The notes below the pieces were generated by a model, which had not been told where the DNA came from, ran no database searches, and was given only the letters and a program-made list of their open reading frames with translations. A stretch of 62,247 bases of DNA from a virus (lineage: Duplodnaviria > Caudoviricetes): positions 1 through 62,247 of IMG/VR virus record IMGVR_UViG_3300036832_000189; one strand, written 5' to 3'. Shown piece by piece: positions 1 through 8,703 of the stretch. The stretch's first letter is position 1, and the number at the start of each line of letters is the position of its first letter. Made by a program: the position numbers and the translations under genes.

Positions 1-213
1 GCTCGGTACCAACTACCAACTACAGCTACAACCTGGATAGTGCAGGATGGGTGTCTACTGGGTTTGCAAAGACGGCTTCTCCGGGGACACTCGCGCCTGG
101 TCTACACACGATGGAAGTGGAGGCCATCGACAGTGTAACCGGCACATCGGATGAAGCGCAGTATGCGTGGATGGTGTCCGGGGTTGGGCCTTCAAGTCCC
201 GCCATTGTAAGTG
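1..213. repeat. Terminal direct repeat, copy 1 (circular assembly overlap)
   Basis: Matches 62035-62247 except for 8 substitutions at 110-155. Confidence 0.97.
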
Positions 214-2042
214 TGAAAGACACCTTCGGCAATAACATTGCCGAAGGAGGGTCTACGTTTGACACCAACTTGATTGTGAACTTCACTACAGACCCAGGGA
301 CGACGGTTAGAGCGATTGTCGATTCGCATATTGACCAGCCTATCACATCACCCTATTCAATTTCGGGGCTCAGTACAGCACCACACTTGCTGCAGCTGAT
401 TGCCATTGACGTCAATGGAATAGCATCGCCGGCTACGGAGTTCTCATGGACTGTGGCTGCGTCTCCTACTGGGCCTGGTAGTGGTACGTACTCAAGGCAG
501 ATTGTGCTGCCAAATGGAGTTGCAGGGAGTGACGTGCTTGAGACGATTTACGTGCGGGCTACCGACCTGCAGAATCCCCCGCAGACAACGGTTCAGGTGC
601 GGAACATAGTGCTTCACCTACCATTGAGCGGTGGAAACCCACCCTCTGTGGGGATCACATATCCTGATGATGGAAGCACACTGTATGCGCTGGACACAAC
701 TACCATCGTAGATGTGGTTCCAGATCCCACAGGGTCAATAGTGAGTGTCGTTCTAACCTCAGACACAGGGACAACTGTGGACATCACAGCCAATGTTTCT
801 GGGCCTGTGGGGGGTGTCTACACATACACCGGCGACATTGACGTGCTGCAGGATGACGCGACAGGGATTGCATGCACAGTCACGGACAGCAACGGGAACG
901 TGGGCAGCGATAGTGTCACTGTGAACGAGACTTCTGTGCAGCCACCGCTTGAGACTGCGGTGTCACCACTGCCGATGACGTTCTTAGCAGCAATTGCTGA
1001 GTACAAGATCGTCCACTATGACTACAACGGCAATGCTGTTGGTCAGATCAAGGGAAACGAACTCGGTGTGAGCATGATACTGGACGACATTCCATCTGCT
1101 ACATACAGCATCTCACTGGAATCGCAGATGTCCAAGAAGGCGTACTGTGACCCAGATAGACACGATTGGAAACTGTTCCGCAACAACAAGCTGATTACTG
1201 GTGGATACATTGCCTCTGCAGAAGTGAATACAGACAATCGTGTACTGGCAGTGACAGCTCAGGGCTACCTTGGATACCTGGCGAAACGGGTCATGCCGTT
1301 CGACCCGTCCGGGAACCTGACTGCACAGTACAAGGTCTACAACAACGTGGATTTGTTCGAGGCGGTGCGTCGCATTCTGGACTACGTGGTTGGTACGTCC
1401 AACAGCATTCCTCTCACGTTTAGTCCAGGGAACAGTGGCGTGGTAGATACATACAATTTCGACCCGTCAAACCGAGATGATATGCTGACGATCCTGCAGA
1501 ACCTGGCACAGAGTCATCCAGGATTCGACTATGAAATCGACGGCAACTGCACGCTGCATATGTATGCTCCACAAAAGGGTGTACAGAGTCAGTTGACATT
1601 GGGACTACACACGAACGTCGTCAGCGTGGACTTGACGAACATCGGGATACGTGGGAATAGAGTTCTAAGCTCTGGAGCAGGCACCGGCAACAGCACAGCA
1701 ATCAGGTTCAAGGAGGATGTGACAAGTCAGAACGCCGGCCGGATTGTTGATGACGTGATGGATTTCGGTACGGTAGCTAGTTTGACGCAGTTGAACAGTC
1801 TCGCCAATGCAGAGCTGGCGCTAGCGATCCAGCCACAACTCAGCTTCACAATCACCGGCAAGCCAGACCTCGGAGAGAACTGGTGGGAGCTCGCAGGCGT
1901 GGGCGATTGGATTTACGTTGACGTCGATTTGGAGTATGAGGTCGTTCAGGACTGGTACCGCTGTACTCAGATCGACATGGCACAGACAGCTCAGGGTGAT
2001 GAGTTGTTCACGTATACCTTTGCTCCGAATGTGGTTGGGTGA
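1..2042 (+). CDS. C-terminal part of the 1977-aa tail protein starting at 58143 (Ig/FN3-like repeats, then siphovirus Gp37-like tail hub domain)
   Basis: Same frame as the open frame from 58143 across the junction; last ~350 aa (YKIVHYDYNGN...VTAQGYLGYLAKR...GFDYEID...GVGDWIYV) resemble ReqiPepy6 Gp37-like hubs. Confidence 0.85.
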   Translation, partial: SVPTTNYSYNLDSAGWVSTGFAKTASPGTLAPGLHTMEVEAIDSVTGTSDEAQYAWMVSGVGPSSPAIVSVKDTFGNNIAEGGSTFDTNLIVNFTTDPGTTVRAIVDSHIDQPITSPYSISGLSTAPHLLQLIAIDVNGIASPATEFSWTVAASPTGPGSGTYSRQIVLPNGVAGSDVLETIYVRATDLQNPPQTTVQVRNIVLHLPLSGGNPPSVGITYPDDGSTLYALDTTTIVDVVPDPTGSIVSVVLTSDTGTTVDITANVSGPVGGVYTYTGDIDVLQDDATGIACTVTDSNGNVGSDSVTVNETSVQPPLETAVSPLPMTFLAAIAEYKIVHYDYNGNAVGQIKGNELGVSMILDDIPSATYSISLESQMSKKAYCDPDRHDWKLFRNNKLITGGYIASAEVNTDNRVLAVTAQGYLGYLAKRVMPFDPSGNLTAQYKVYNNVDLFEAVRRILDYVVGTSNSIPLTFSPGNSGVVDTYNFDPSNRDDMLTILQNLAQSHPGFDYEIDGNCTLHMYAPQKGVQSQLTLGLHTNVVSVDLTNIGIRGNRVLSSGAGTGNSTAIRFKEDVTSQNAGRIVDDVMDFGTVASLTQLNSLANAELALAIQPQLSFTITGKPDLGENWWELAGVGDWIYVDVDLEYEVVQDWYRCTQIDMAQTAQGDELFTYTFAPNVVG

Positions 2043-2045
2043 CAC

Positions 2046-2279
2046 ATGGCTAGGGTAGCACGAATCTGTAAAGACCCGATCGCCGATCTGTACGATTGGG
2101 CGAGTCGATTGGAGACACGCATTTCTCAGTTGAAGGGGAACAGTATCACGGTGGACGTGACGAATGCAGATGCACTCGCGGATGGGGCAGGCCAGGTGTG
2201 GATCGACGCTAGCGACCACACGCTTCACTATGTCTCAGCAGATGGGAGTGAATATAAGCTCACAGGTACGCTAGTGTAG
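2046..2279 (+). CDS. Small tail-associated protein
   Basis: Follows hub gene; short coiled coil IADLYDWASRLETRISQL. Confidence 0.55.
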   Translation: MARVARICKDPIADLYDWASRLETRISQLKGNSITVDVTNADALADGAGQVWIDASDHTLHYVSADGSEYKLTGTLV

Positions 2280-2476
2280 TGGCTAAATGGGTGCCTACAT
2301 TTGTTATAGTTGCCGTCGTCGTCATTTTCATTTTGAATTTCCTTTTGGAAGCGACATTTTCTGGCTACATGTCCCGTGATGAGATTCTAACACCACTTAT
2401 GGGGGCGGTGACTGGAGCTATGTCAGCCGTCATTCTTGCCCGCAGGAAGAACGGCAACAACAACACACATGACTAG
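2279..2476 (+). CDS. Two-TM membrane protein (holin-like)
   Basis: Two hydrophobic stretches, basic tail, upstream of endolysin. Confidence 0.6.
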   Translation: MAKWVPTFVIVAVVVIFILNFLLEATFSGYMSRDEILTPLMGAVTGAMSAVILARRKNGNNNTHD

Positions 2477-2570
2477 GCTCGCGCATTTAGCGTGGGAGTT
2501 TTACTCGGCATTCACGGCTGCATTTGTGCCCGTATGGGCCATCATCAAGAGAAAGGGCCAAGATGAGTGA
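2469..2570 (+). CDS. 33-aa hydrophobic peptide (MTRLAHLAWEFYSAFTAAFVPVWAIIKRKGQDE)
   Basis: Hand-translated; fills the gap and overlaps both neighbours by 8 nt. Confidence 0.45.
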   Translation: MTRLAHLAWEFYSAFTAAFVPVWAIIKRKGQDE

Positions 2571-3426
2571 GGAAGATCCACCTGTATCGGACGAGCCTGT
2601 ACCGGGTGATGTACCAGTAACACCGGATGAGGAGAATGAACGATTAGCTGTAAGCGAGGCAAGAACCCACTTGCCTGGTACGAGAACACTCGACCTCACA
2701 ACACCGATGATGCATGGCGCGGACGTGTTCGAGTGCCAATATCTCCTGAATACCAACAGGTTCAAGCAGAACTACAGGCCGGGTGAGCGTGACGGTGTGT
2801 TCGGGCCAGAGACAGCCGGTGCGTGTCGGCGGGCCAAGTATTGGATGGGCTATCCGATGGGGCATATGACTCCACAGTTCGGCAAGCAACTTCGGAGTTA
2901 TCTGATCCCTTCGGATCACAAGCTCGCTCGTCGTTTGCCTGCAGATTACAGAGTCAGGCGTTCCAATAGAATGCGGCGATACACGTCGAGCTGGCGAGAC
3001 AAGGTCGTAGACTATGCAATCTCACAAGAGGGCTACAAGGAGTGGGGCTACGACCACACCAAGTACAACATCTGGTACTATGGGTTTGACAATCCGGCTC
3101 CGTGGTGTCTGATCTTCGTGAGCTACTGCATCTCCAACTACGGTGGCCGGCACTTCCACCAAGCCTATGTGCCTGCGCTTGTGGACTTGGCTAAAGGCGG
3201 ACAATTGGGCTACCACATCGTAACCTACGGCGAAGCTATACGTGGAGACATCGTCTGTTACGATTGGGATCACAACGGTACCGCTGACCATGCAGAATTC
3301 CTGGCTAAGAAGGAGAATAGCTCAACATTCAACGGTGTGGGAGGCAACACAGGCGCCAACTCCAACGAGGTAGCCTCAAGCACGAGATACTTGAGTGAAG
3401 TACAACACTTCGTCCGAGTGCCATAG
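2563..3426 (+). CDS. Endolysin: peptidoglycan-binding domain + CHAP domain
   Basis: MHGADV...DGVFGPET PG-binding motif; APWC and DHAEF CHAP Cys/His; start moved to ATG 2563. Confidence 0.88.
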   Translation: MSEEDPPVSDEPVPGDVPVTPDEENERLAVSEARTHLPGTRTLDLTTPMMHGADVFECQYLLNTNRFKQNYRPGERDGVFGPETAGACRRAKYWMGYPMGHMTPQFGKQLRSYLIPSDHKLARRLPADYRVRRSNRMRRYTSSWRDKVVDYAISQEGYKEWGYDHTKYNIWYYGFDNPAPWCLIFVSYCISNYGGRHFHQAYVPALVDLAKGGQLGYHIVTYGEAIRGDIVCYDWDHNGTADHAEFLAKKENSSTFNGVGGNTGANSNEVASSTRYLSEVQHFVRVP

Positions 3427-3438
3427 AAAGGAGGGTAG

Positions 3439-3735
3439 ATGGTACTGTTAGATACGTCAATCGTTGATCCGAATGCAGCAATGTGGGCTGGACTCGTAGG
3501 GTTCCTGACTCCGCCTGTTATCCAGATCATCACTAGGAACATCGGAAGCAAGCAACTACAGGCGATTACAGCCTTCATCTTCGAGCTGCTCGTAGCGATT
3601 CCAACAGCGTACTTCGCTGCAGACCTGACGGTACAGGACTACGTCAAGAGCGCGTTGATCGTATTCACGCTAGCGATGGTGTCCTACCAGAGCGTTTGGA
3701 AGCCGACAGGTGTAACGCCGTCATCCGGCACATAA
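3439..3735 (+). CDS. Holin (about 3 TM)
   Basis: GAAAGGAGG RBS, hydrophobic helices, WKPTG C-terminus, follows endolysin. Confidence 0.75.
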   Translation: MVLLDTSIVDPNAAMWAGLVGFLTPPVIQIITRNIGSKQLQAITAFIFELLVAIPTAYFAADLTVQDYVKSALIVFTLAMVSYQSVWKPTGVTPSSGT

Positions 3736-3786
3736 GACCTGCCGCACTACACCCGCACGTTCTGGCCCTGACGTGTGGCGGCAGCA

Positions 3787-3822
3787 GAAAGCCCCCGGTG
3801 AGTGGCCTTACCGGGGGCTTTC
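3787..3822. terminator. Bidirectional intrinsic terminator at the convergence of the two arms
   Basis: GAAAGCCCCCGGTGAG-tggc-CTTACCGGGGGCTTTC. Confidence 0.85.
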
Positions 3823-3850
3823 GTGTTCTATTTAGTTGTTCGTTGTGTAC

Positions 3851-4954
3851 CTACAGATGCAGCGCCTGCTCGATTGCACCCAGCTCGTCACTGAGCAGAT
3901 CGAGCGCCCGACGCAGGCTGATGATACGAGGCTTGACCTTGTCCAGCTCGTACCCCGGAGTTAGAAGCTCCGGCGCGTGGATTCGAACAAGGGCGATGAT
4001 GGCCTCCTTGCCCGCAGTTTCCCCTCCTGTGTATGCTGCAACCTCGTCTACCACTTCTTCCACTCCGTGGACAACTGCCACCAGCCCTGGGTCTGTAGGC
4101 GGGTGCTCGTCCACTTCCGGAGTCCACCAGCCTTCATCTACCGCTTCACTGCGGTGGATGCCGTCGTGATCCGGCGGCTGGTCACACCACACGGCAGGGA
4201 ACTTCGGATGCTGTGCGCCACAGATGGGCTCGGACTTCTTGGCCTCTGTACCGACAGGAGATGCAGGCACTCGCGGAGCAGGCTTGTCTCCGTTCATCTC
4301 CGGTGCGTAATCCGTCCCGTAGATTTCGATGGTGGACGGGTTCCTGGCCTGTCCTGGCTTGAGGATGTCGATGTAGCCCTTCTTGCTGATCCCTGGCGCA
4401 AGTCCACCCGTGATCTGCTTTCTCTCTAGACGAGCCCACTCCTTGACTTCACCCTGTAGTGTGGTTTGGACGACCTTGCTGCCGAGAGCAGGTACTTCGT
4501 ACTTGCCTCGCAGCCAGACCATGAAGCTCTCGGCGTTGGCATCTGCCTGGCCGACCATTCTGCGGCCCTGTGCTATGAGCCGCTTGCCCATCTTGGAGCC
4601 ATCCCCGAGGCTGCGGCTGACGACGATCCTGCCGGCGAACGGGTGCTCCATGATGATATGGCTCGTGCCTTCGATCCTGTGGAAGTTGAGTTCTTCCAAG
4701 TCCTTGACGATTTGATCCGTCATCTTCGTGGTCATTTTGTGTTCTCCTCGTAGAGTAACTGCGTGCGATGCACATATGTACTCGTTTTTCCTTCTGTACC
4801 TCGAGAGTGCAGCCCCGCATATCGTGCATTTTGCGGGTGGCTGCGGTGGGTCTGGAACCCACCCTATTGAGCTGCTATGTCTGCCCCCCTTTCTGGCCTT
4901 GTGCCGAGTACGTTTGCGAATTGTGGCAGAAACGGCAAGTTTGTTGTTGTCCAC
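3851..4954 (-). CDS. Hypothetical: N-terminal CxxC...CxxH finger, internal start at 4735 opening a HicA-like domain
   Basis: CTICGAALSRY...CASH; internal GAGGAG RBS before MTTK; FHRIEGTSHIIMEHP resembles HicA. Confidence 0.55.
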   Translation of the reverse strand: MDNNKLAVSATIRKRTRHKARKGGRHSSSIGWVPDPPQPPAKCTICGAALSRYRRKNEYICASHAVTLRGEHKMTTKMTDQIVKDLEELNFHRIEGTSHIIMEHPFAGRIVVSRSLGDGSKMGKRLIAQGRRMVGQADANAESFMVWLRGKYEVPALGSKVVQTTLQGEVKEWARLERKQITGGLAPGISKKGYIDILKPGQARNPSTIEIYGTDYAPEMNGDKPAPRVPASPVGTEAKKSEPICGAQHPKFPAVWCDQPPDHDGIHRSEAVDEGWWTPEVDEHPPTDPGLVAVVHGVEEVVDEVAAYTGGETAGKEAIIALVRIHAPELLTPGYELDKVKPRIISLRRALDLLSDELGAIEQALHL

Positions 4955-5385
4955 AGTCTACTACCTCGATGGAACGTCAGCCATGTAAGGAGATGTCGCG
5001 TAGCATCTCTTGCATGCTCTTTACCGACGTTATAGCACCCTGCTTTACGGAGCTTCGCGTCACTCCAGAAAGCAAATCCTTGTGACGCAGATTGTTGACT
5101 GAAGCTACAGTTGTGTAATGCTGTCCACACTTCACACACTCCCAGAAGGTTACGCGAGTAAAGCACGAGTCCGGGTCTTGAATCATTCCTGTAATCAAAT
5201 TGCTCTGCAACGAGGTGTAGAGGGCTAACCGCTGCCAACATGCACCACAACTGCACGGGACTGAGACGAGATTGGCTGCTGTCAATAGATACGAGTCGTC
5301 GCCCATCTATAGTGGCCCTCGCTATTCCTGTTGTTTCTCCTGGGTCTATGGCTAGGCATGTTGTAATGCTATTCACCACCGCCAT
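4864..5385 (-). CDS. RuvC-like Holliday junction resolvase
   Basis: LAIDPGETTG, VAEQF, HARDATRH motifs. Confidence 0.85.
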   Translation of the reverse strand: MAVVNSITTCLAIDPGETTGIARATIDGRRLVSIDSSQSRLSPVQLWCMLAAVSPLHLVAEQFDYRNDSRPGLVLYSRNLLGVCEVWTALHNCSFSQQSASQGFAFWSDAKLRKAGCYNVGKEHARDATRHLLTWLTFHRGSRLWTTTNLPFLPQFANVLGTRPERGADIAAQ

Positions 5386-5720
5386 ATGTAGTGCCCTTGG
5401 TCATCTCGAATCCGTGGCATGGGTTCCTGTAATGCTAACACAAGTGCTCGTGCCTCGCCAATGCACCGAGTTTGCTTGAAGTAGTGCATGCGTTGTTTGA
5501 TTCTGTGACACTCATGCTTGCCGCAGAACTTCTTCCTGTACCGTCTGACGAGTATCGGTTCTCCACAGGCTAGACAAATGTCTGAGCCTCGTGCGGTGGC
5601 CTGTGACACTCTGTACTCGGCGGCACATGGGATACACCATCCCGTGTTGTCGTCAATCTCTACGTTGTCCTCACCGCAGTTCGGACATATGTTCACGATC
5701 GGGATGGCGTCAGCACTCAT
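5373..5720 (-). CDS. Double zinc-ribbon protein
   Basis: CPNC..CIPC and CLAC..FCGKHEC; start coupled to upstream stop. Confidence 0.65.
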   Translation of the reverse strand: MSADAIPIVNICPNCGEDNVEIDDNTGWCIPCAAEYRVSQATARGSDICLACGEPILVRRYRKKFCGKHECHRIKQRMHYFKQTRCIGEARALVLALQEPMPRIRDDQGHYIWRW

Positions 5721-5941
5721 ATCTTCTTGACTCCTACCAAGAGTGCTTCCATACCATCGGTGAGCTGATCCCTGAACTCGTAGGGATCTTCTAACATCAT
5801 GTTGAAGTGAAACGTACACAATGCTAGATTCGTCGGCTTGCCGAGGATTGTTACATTTCCGTATGCATGGAACTCGTTACCGCACCGATCACCGTTCTTC
5901 TTTCTGAATATGCACCTCGTCGGCTTTCTTGGCGCCGTCAT
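5717..5941 (-). CDS. Small Cys/His zinc-binding protein
   Basis: C..C..CTFH pattern; fits gene packing. Confidence 0.55.
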   Translation of the reverse strand: MTAPRKPTRCIFRKKNGDRCGNEFHAYGNVTILGKPTNLALCTFHFNMMLEDPYEFRDQLTDGMEALLVGVKKI

Positions 5942-5952
5942 GTAGCACTTCC

Positions 5953-6216
5953 TTAGACCCGGTTTTGTGTAGGCCCAGGATTACCTCGGAAGTTGTCCGG
6001 TGGCCGCATCAGAACTCTGAATGTTGCACCTGATCCTATCGTCAGTCCTGAGAGGAATGCGTTGACCTCACCACGAGTCTTCGCTGAGTATCTTCGCATT
6101 CCGTCATGTGTATCTGAACCTTTGAAGCGAAAGTAGACATCGAATCCATCCAGCGTAGACGAGAAATCACTCTCAACTTCCTGGACGAAGACCTCTGCTA
6201 GTTCTGACAGATCCAC
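5953..6216 (-). CDS. Hypothetical protein
   Basis: ORF packed between neighbours. Confidence 0.55.
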   Translation of the reverse strand: MDLSELAEVFVQEVESDFSSTLDGFDVYFRFKGSDTHDGMRRYSAKTRGEVNAFLSGLTIGSGATFRVLMRPPDNFRGNPGPTQNRV

Positions 6217-6219
6217 GTT

Positions 6220-8649
6220 CTACCCGAGCACATGCTCATATCCTTTCTCCACGTGACCCCAATCATATCCAGTGGCAATGTCTGCCGAGAATGGAATCTC
6301 ATCCCAACCAAGTAACTCCGCTGGTCTTGTCTCCATGACCTCCTTGATCGTGTTGGCTACTTCTCGAGTGTGTCCTTGCCTACAAATAGCAACAACAGAG
6401 TCATGCACAGAAAGAACGACTCCAGCATCCAGCTCTGGGAGAACTGGCTCAAGAGCAACAACAGACATAGTGGTAAAATCCGAAGCCGTACCCTGAACAT
6501 ACGTGTTGACACCCTCCTTGAGTGCATGGTCGTAGTTGGTATCCGTGAGTAAATGGAATCTACGCTTGTGCCCGAATGGTGTCTGGATGAATCCGTCGTC
6601 CTCTACTTGTGAGTGAACTACCTTGACCCACTCGGCCAGCTTCGGGAAGCGTTTCCACCACTTCCTGATAAGGCCGGGAGCCTCATCCAGTGGCACCTTG
6701 TACATCAGGTAGAGTGTGTATGGCCCAACACCATACAGCGCACTGAAGTTGACGTTCTTGGCTATCTGCCGCTGCTCGTATGTGAAATGGGGGCCGTAGA
6801 GTTCACGTGCAACCTCGGAGTGCAGGTCACGCTTCTCGTGGTAACAGGTTAGGAGAAATTCATCCCCGGAAAGCATCGCCGCTGTACGCAGCTCACACTG
6901 GCTGTAGTCGGACTGGACGATCACATAGCCAGCCGGCGCGTAGTAGAGCTGGCGGATGTTCACATAACCTTCACCGTTTGCAATGTCCTCGTCGCGTGTG
7001 CGTGGCTGGTTCTGCAGGTTCGGGCCACGTGAAGAAGTTCTATCAGTTTCAGTACCATGCAACAGGAAGTCACAGTGGATGCGTCCTGTGTGTGGGTTTA
7101 TCTTCGGGATCAGGCCGTCGAGATACGTTGACCGCAGTTTGTCCAGCTTCTTGAACTTGTGTAAGGTGTCTACGAAGGCGAGAACCTCTGGATTGCTGAC
7201 GTTGTCTCGTATCCAGTCCCGGTGCTTCTCATCACAGCTACGCTCCCGCTCGCGGTTCAGCCTTGGGTCTGGAATCTCCATTACATCGTACAGGTATTTA
7301 GCTACCTGTACGTGACTGTTGAGATTGATCCGCTTGCCGACGATGAAGCTGGCTTCTGCCGAGAACTCCCGTAGTCGGGGTTTGACCTCCATCTCTGTTA
7401 TCTGCTGGGCACGTTTGGCGTCGAATGGGATTCCTCGAGCCTCTACTTCTGCATAGGCGTTTGCCGCTGGAATAAGTACGTTAGTGTAACGCCCCAGCAC
7501 ATTATCTTCCACTGCTCGTTCCCGCAGGAGCTGGAACAGTTGATAGCTGCCGGCGCAATCGAATGCGTTGTACTTGTAGAGCTCGTCGAACTGTGTGAAA
7601 GGCAGACCCAGATCATCATACTGGAATCCATTCTTTTTGCCCGCTTCGACTGCAGGCGGTGTGTAGTAGGGCCACTCCAGTTCGTTCTGCAGTAGGTAGT
7701 CCAGGCTGTGGACGCCAGGACGCTCATCACAGGCGTAACTGAGTAGGAGTGTGTCCTCATGGACGACGGCTGGTATGTCCTGCGACCGTAGGATTCGCAC
7801 GTCAAACTTGCCGTTGTGCCAAATGGTGCGTCCTGTATATTCCTCGAAGAACTGCTTTAGGAGTGCAAGTCCCTCAGTAGTTCGACAGACTCTCTGACCC
7901 AAGACGATTGCGTTCGTATTGCTTGTTCCAAATCCGATGCAGACGAGTGTACTGCCGACAATGAGTCCAGTAGTCTCTGTGTCGCAGGCGAGTCTGTCAT
8001 ACATGTGAAGGGTATCAAGCCATCCTTTGGCTTCATCAAGGTCTTCGGTGTAACCATAATCTGGCTCCCTAAACGGGGGAGCTGGATTGTGGGCTCTTCG
8101 GAAGTCGTCGCTGATTGAGGGGAACTTGTCTTGTTCTCGGAGGGCAAAGGCTGGATTGAAGCTGGCAATTGCTGTGTGACTGGCTCCGCCGTACCTGTTG
8201 GGAATTCGCCTGCCGCGATTTTGTTGTACCGTTCCACCCATAACTTCTCTAACTGCTTCTGCTCCTCCGCATATGATATCTGTTGCGTCGTTGAGGTCGT
8301 GCTCCAAACGCGGCCGGCAACACGCGATGGCCTCTTTAGACGGTTTATCAGCCCTGCAAAGAACCACATTTGTGAGGATCATCTCCTGACGTTTACCACC
8401 ATGCTGTTCTGCAAGGTAGTTGACTACCTCACCAGATGGCCCTGAGAACGGTTGTCCGTTGTACGTGTCATGTGGCCCTGGTGACCTACTGCACAATGCT
8501 ATCACTCTGCCGTCTGCACGTTTTGCAGTTGGGAACTGTGTGTCGGCGAACGGACGCGCCCGGAGCGGGCAGCGGTCGCAGTCAGCCCCACGGGCCATCG
8601 CGCCACGCTTCACAGGAGCCGTTCTCCCGGCCACGGAGGGGTCGGTCAT
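6220..8649 (-). CDS. polA: Family A DNA polymerase with N-terminal UDG-like domain and 3'-5' exonuclease
   Basis: CDTETTG, HNGKFD, YNAFD exo motifs; SDYSQCELR, RQIAKNVNFSALYG, VHDS polymerase motifs; CDRCPL/PFSGPSG/TNVVLC UDG4-like motifs. Confidence 0.95.
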   Translation of the reverse strand: MTDPSVAGRTAPVKRGAMARGADCDRCPLRARPFADTQFPTAKRADGRVIALCSRSPGPHDTYNGQPFSGPSGEVVNYLAEQHGGKRQEMILTNVVLCRADKPSKEAIACCRPRLEHDLNDATDIICGGAEAVREVMGGTVQQNRGRRIPNRYGGASHTAIASFNPAFALREQDKFPSISDDFRRAHNPAPPFREPDYGYTEDLDEAKGWLDTLHMYDRLACDTETTGLIVGSTLVCIGFGTSNTNAIVLGQRVCRTTEGLALLKQFFEEYTGRTIWHNGKFDVRILRSQDIPAVVHEDTLLLSYACDERPGVHSLDYLLQNELEWPYYTPPAVEAGKKNGFQYDDLGLPFTQFDELYKYNAFDCAGSYQLFQLLRERAVEDNVLGRYTNVLIPAANAYAEVEARGIPFDAKRAQQITEMEVKPRLREFSAEASFIVGKRINLNSHVQVAKYLYDVMEIPDPRLNRERERSCDEKHRDWIRDNVSNPEVLAFVDTLHKFKKLDKLRSTYLDGLIPKINPHTGRIHCDFLLHGTETDRTSSRGPNLQNQPRTRDEDIANGEGYVNIRQLYYAPAGYVIVQSDYSQCELRTAAMLSGDEFLLTCYHEKRDLHSEVARELYGPHFTYEQRQIAKNVNFSALYGVGPYTLYLMYKVPLDEAPGLIRKWWKRFPKLAEWVKVVHSQVEDDGFIQTPFGHKRRFHLLTDTNYDHALKEGVNTYVQGTASDFTTMSVVALEPVLPELDAGVVLSVHDSVVAICRQGHTREVANTIKEVMETRPAELLGWDEIPFSADIATGYDWGHVEKGYEHVLG

Positions 8650-8703
8650 AGGTTGCCCCGCCCTGTGGGGGGTTGGCGCACAGGCCCGCGTTGCCAGAAC
8701 AGG

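Noticed and set aside
110-155. Terminal repeat mismatches as a DGR template/variable repeat pair
   Set aside because: Changes are not adenine-specific, all are synonymous, and no reverse transcriptase is present.
1-213. Biological terminal repeat (true genome ends)
   Set aside because: It falls mid-gene at a polymorphic patch, typical of an assembly break in a circular graph.
3968-3995. GTTCGAATCC T-loop-like sequence (tRNA or attP)
   Set aside because: No T-stem pairing or cloverleaf; lies within a CDS; no integrase seen.
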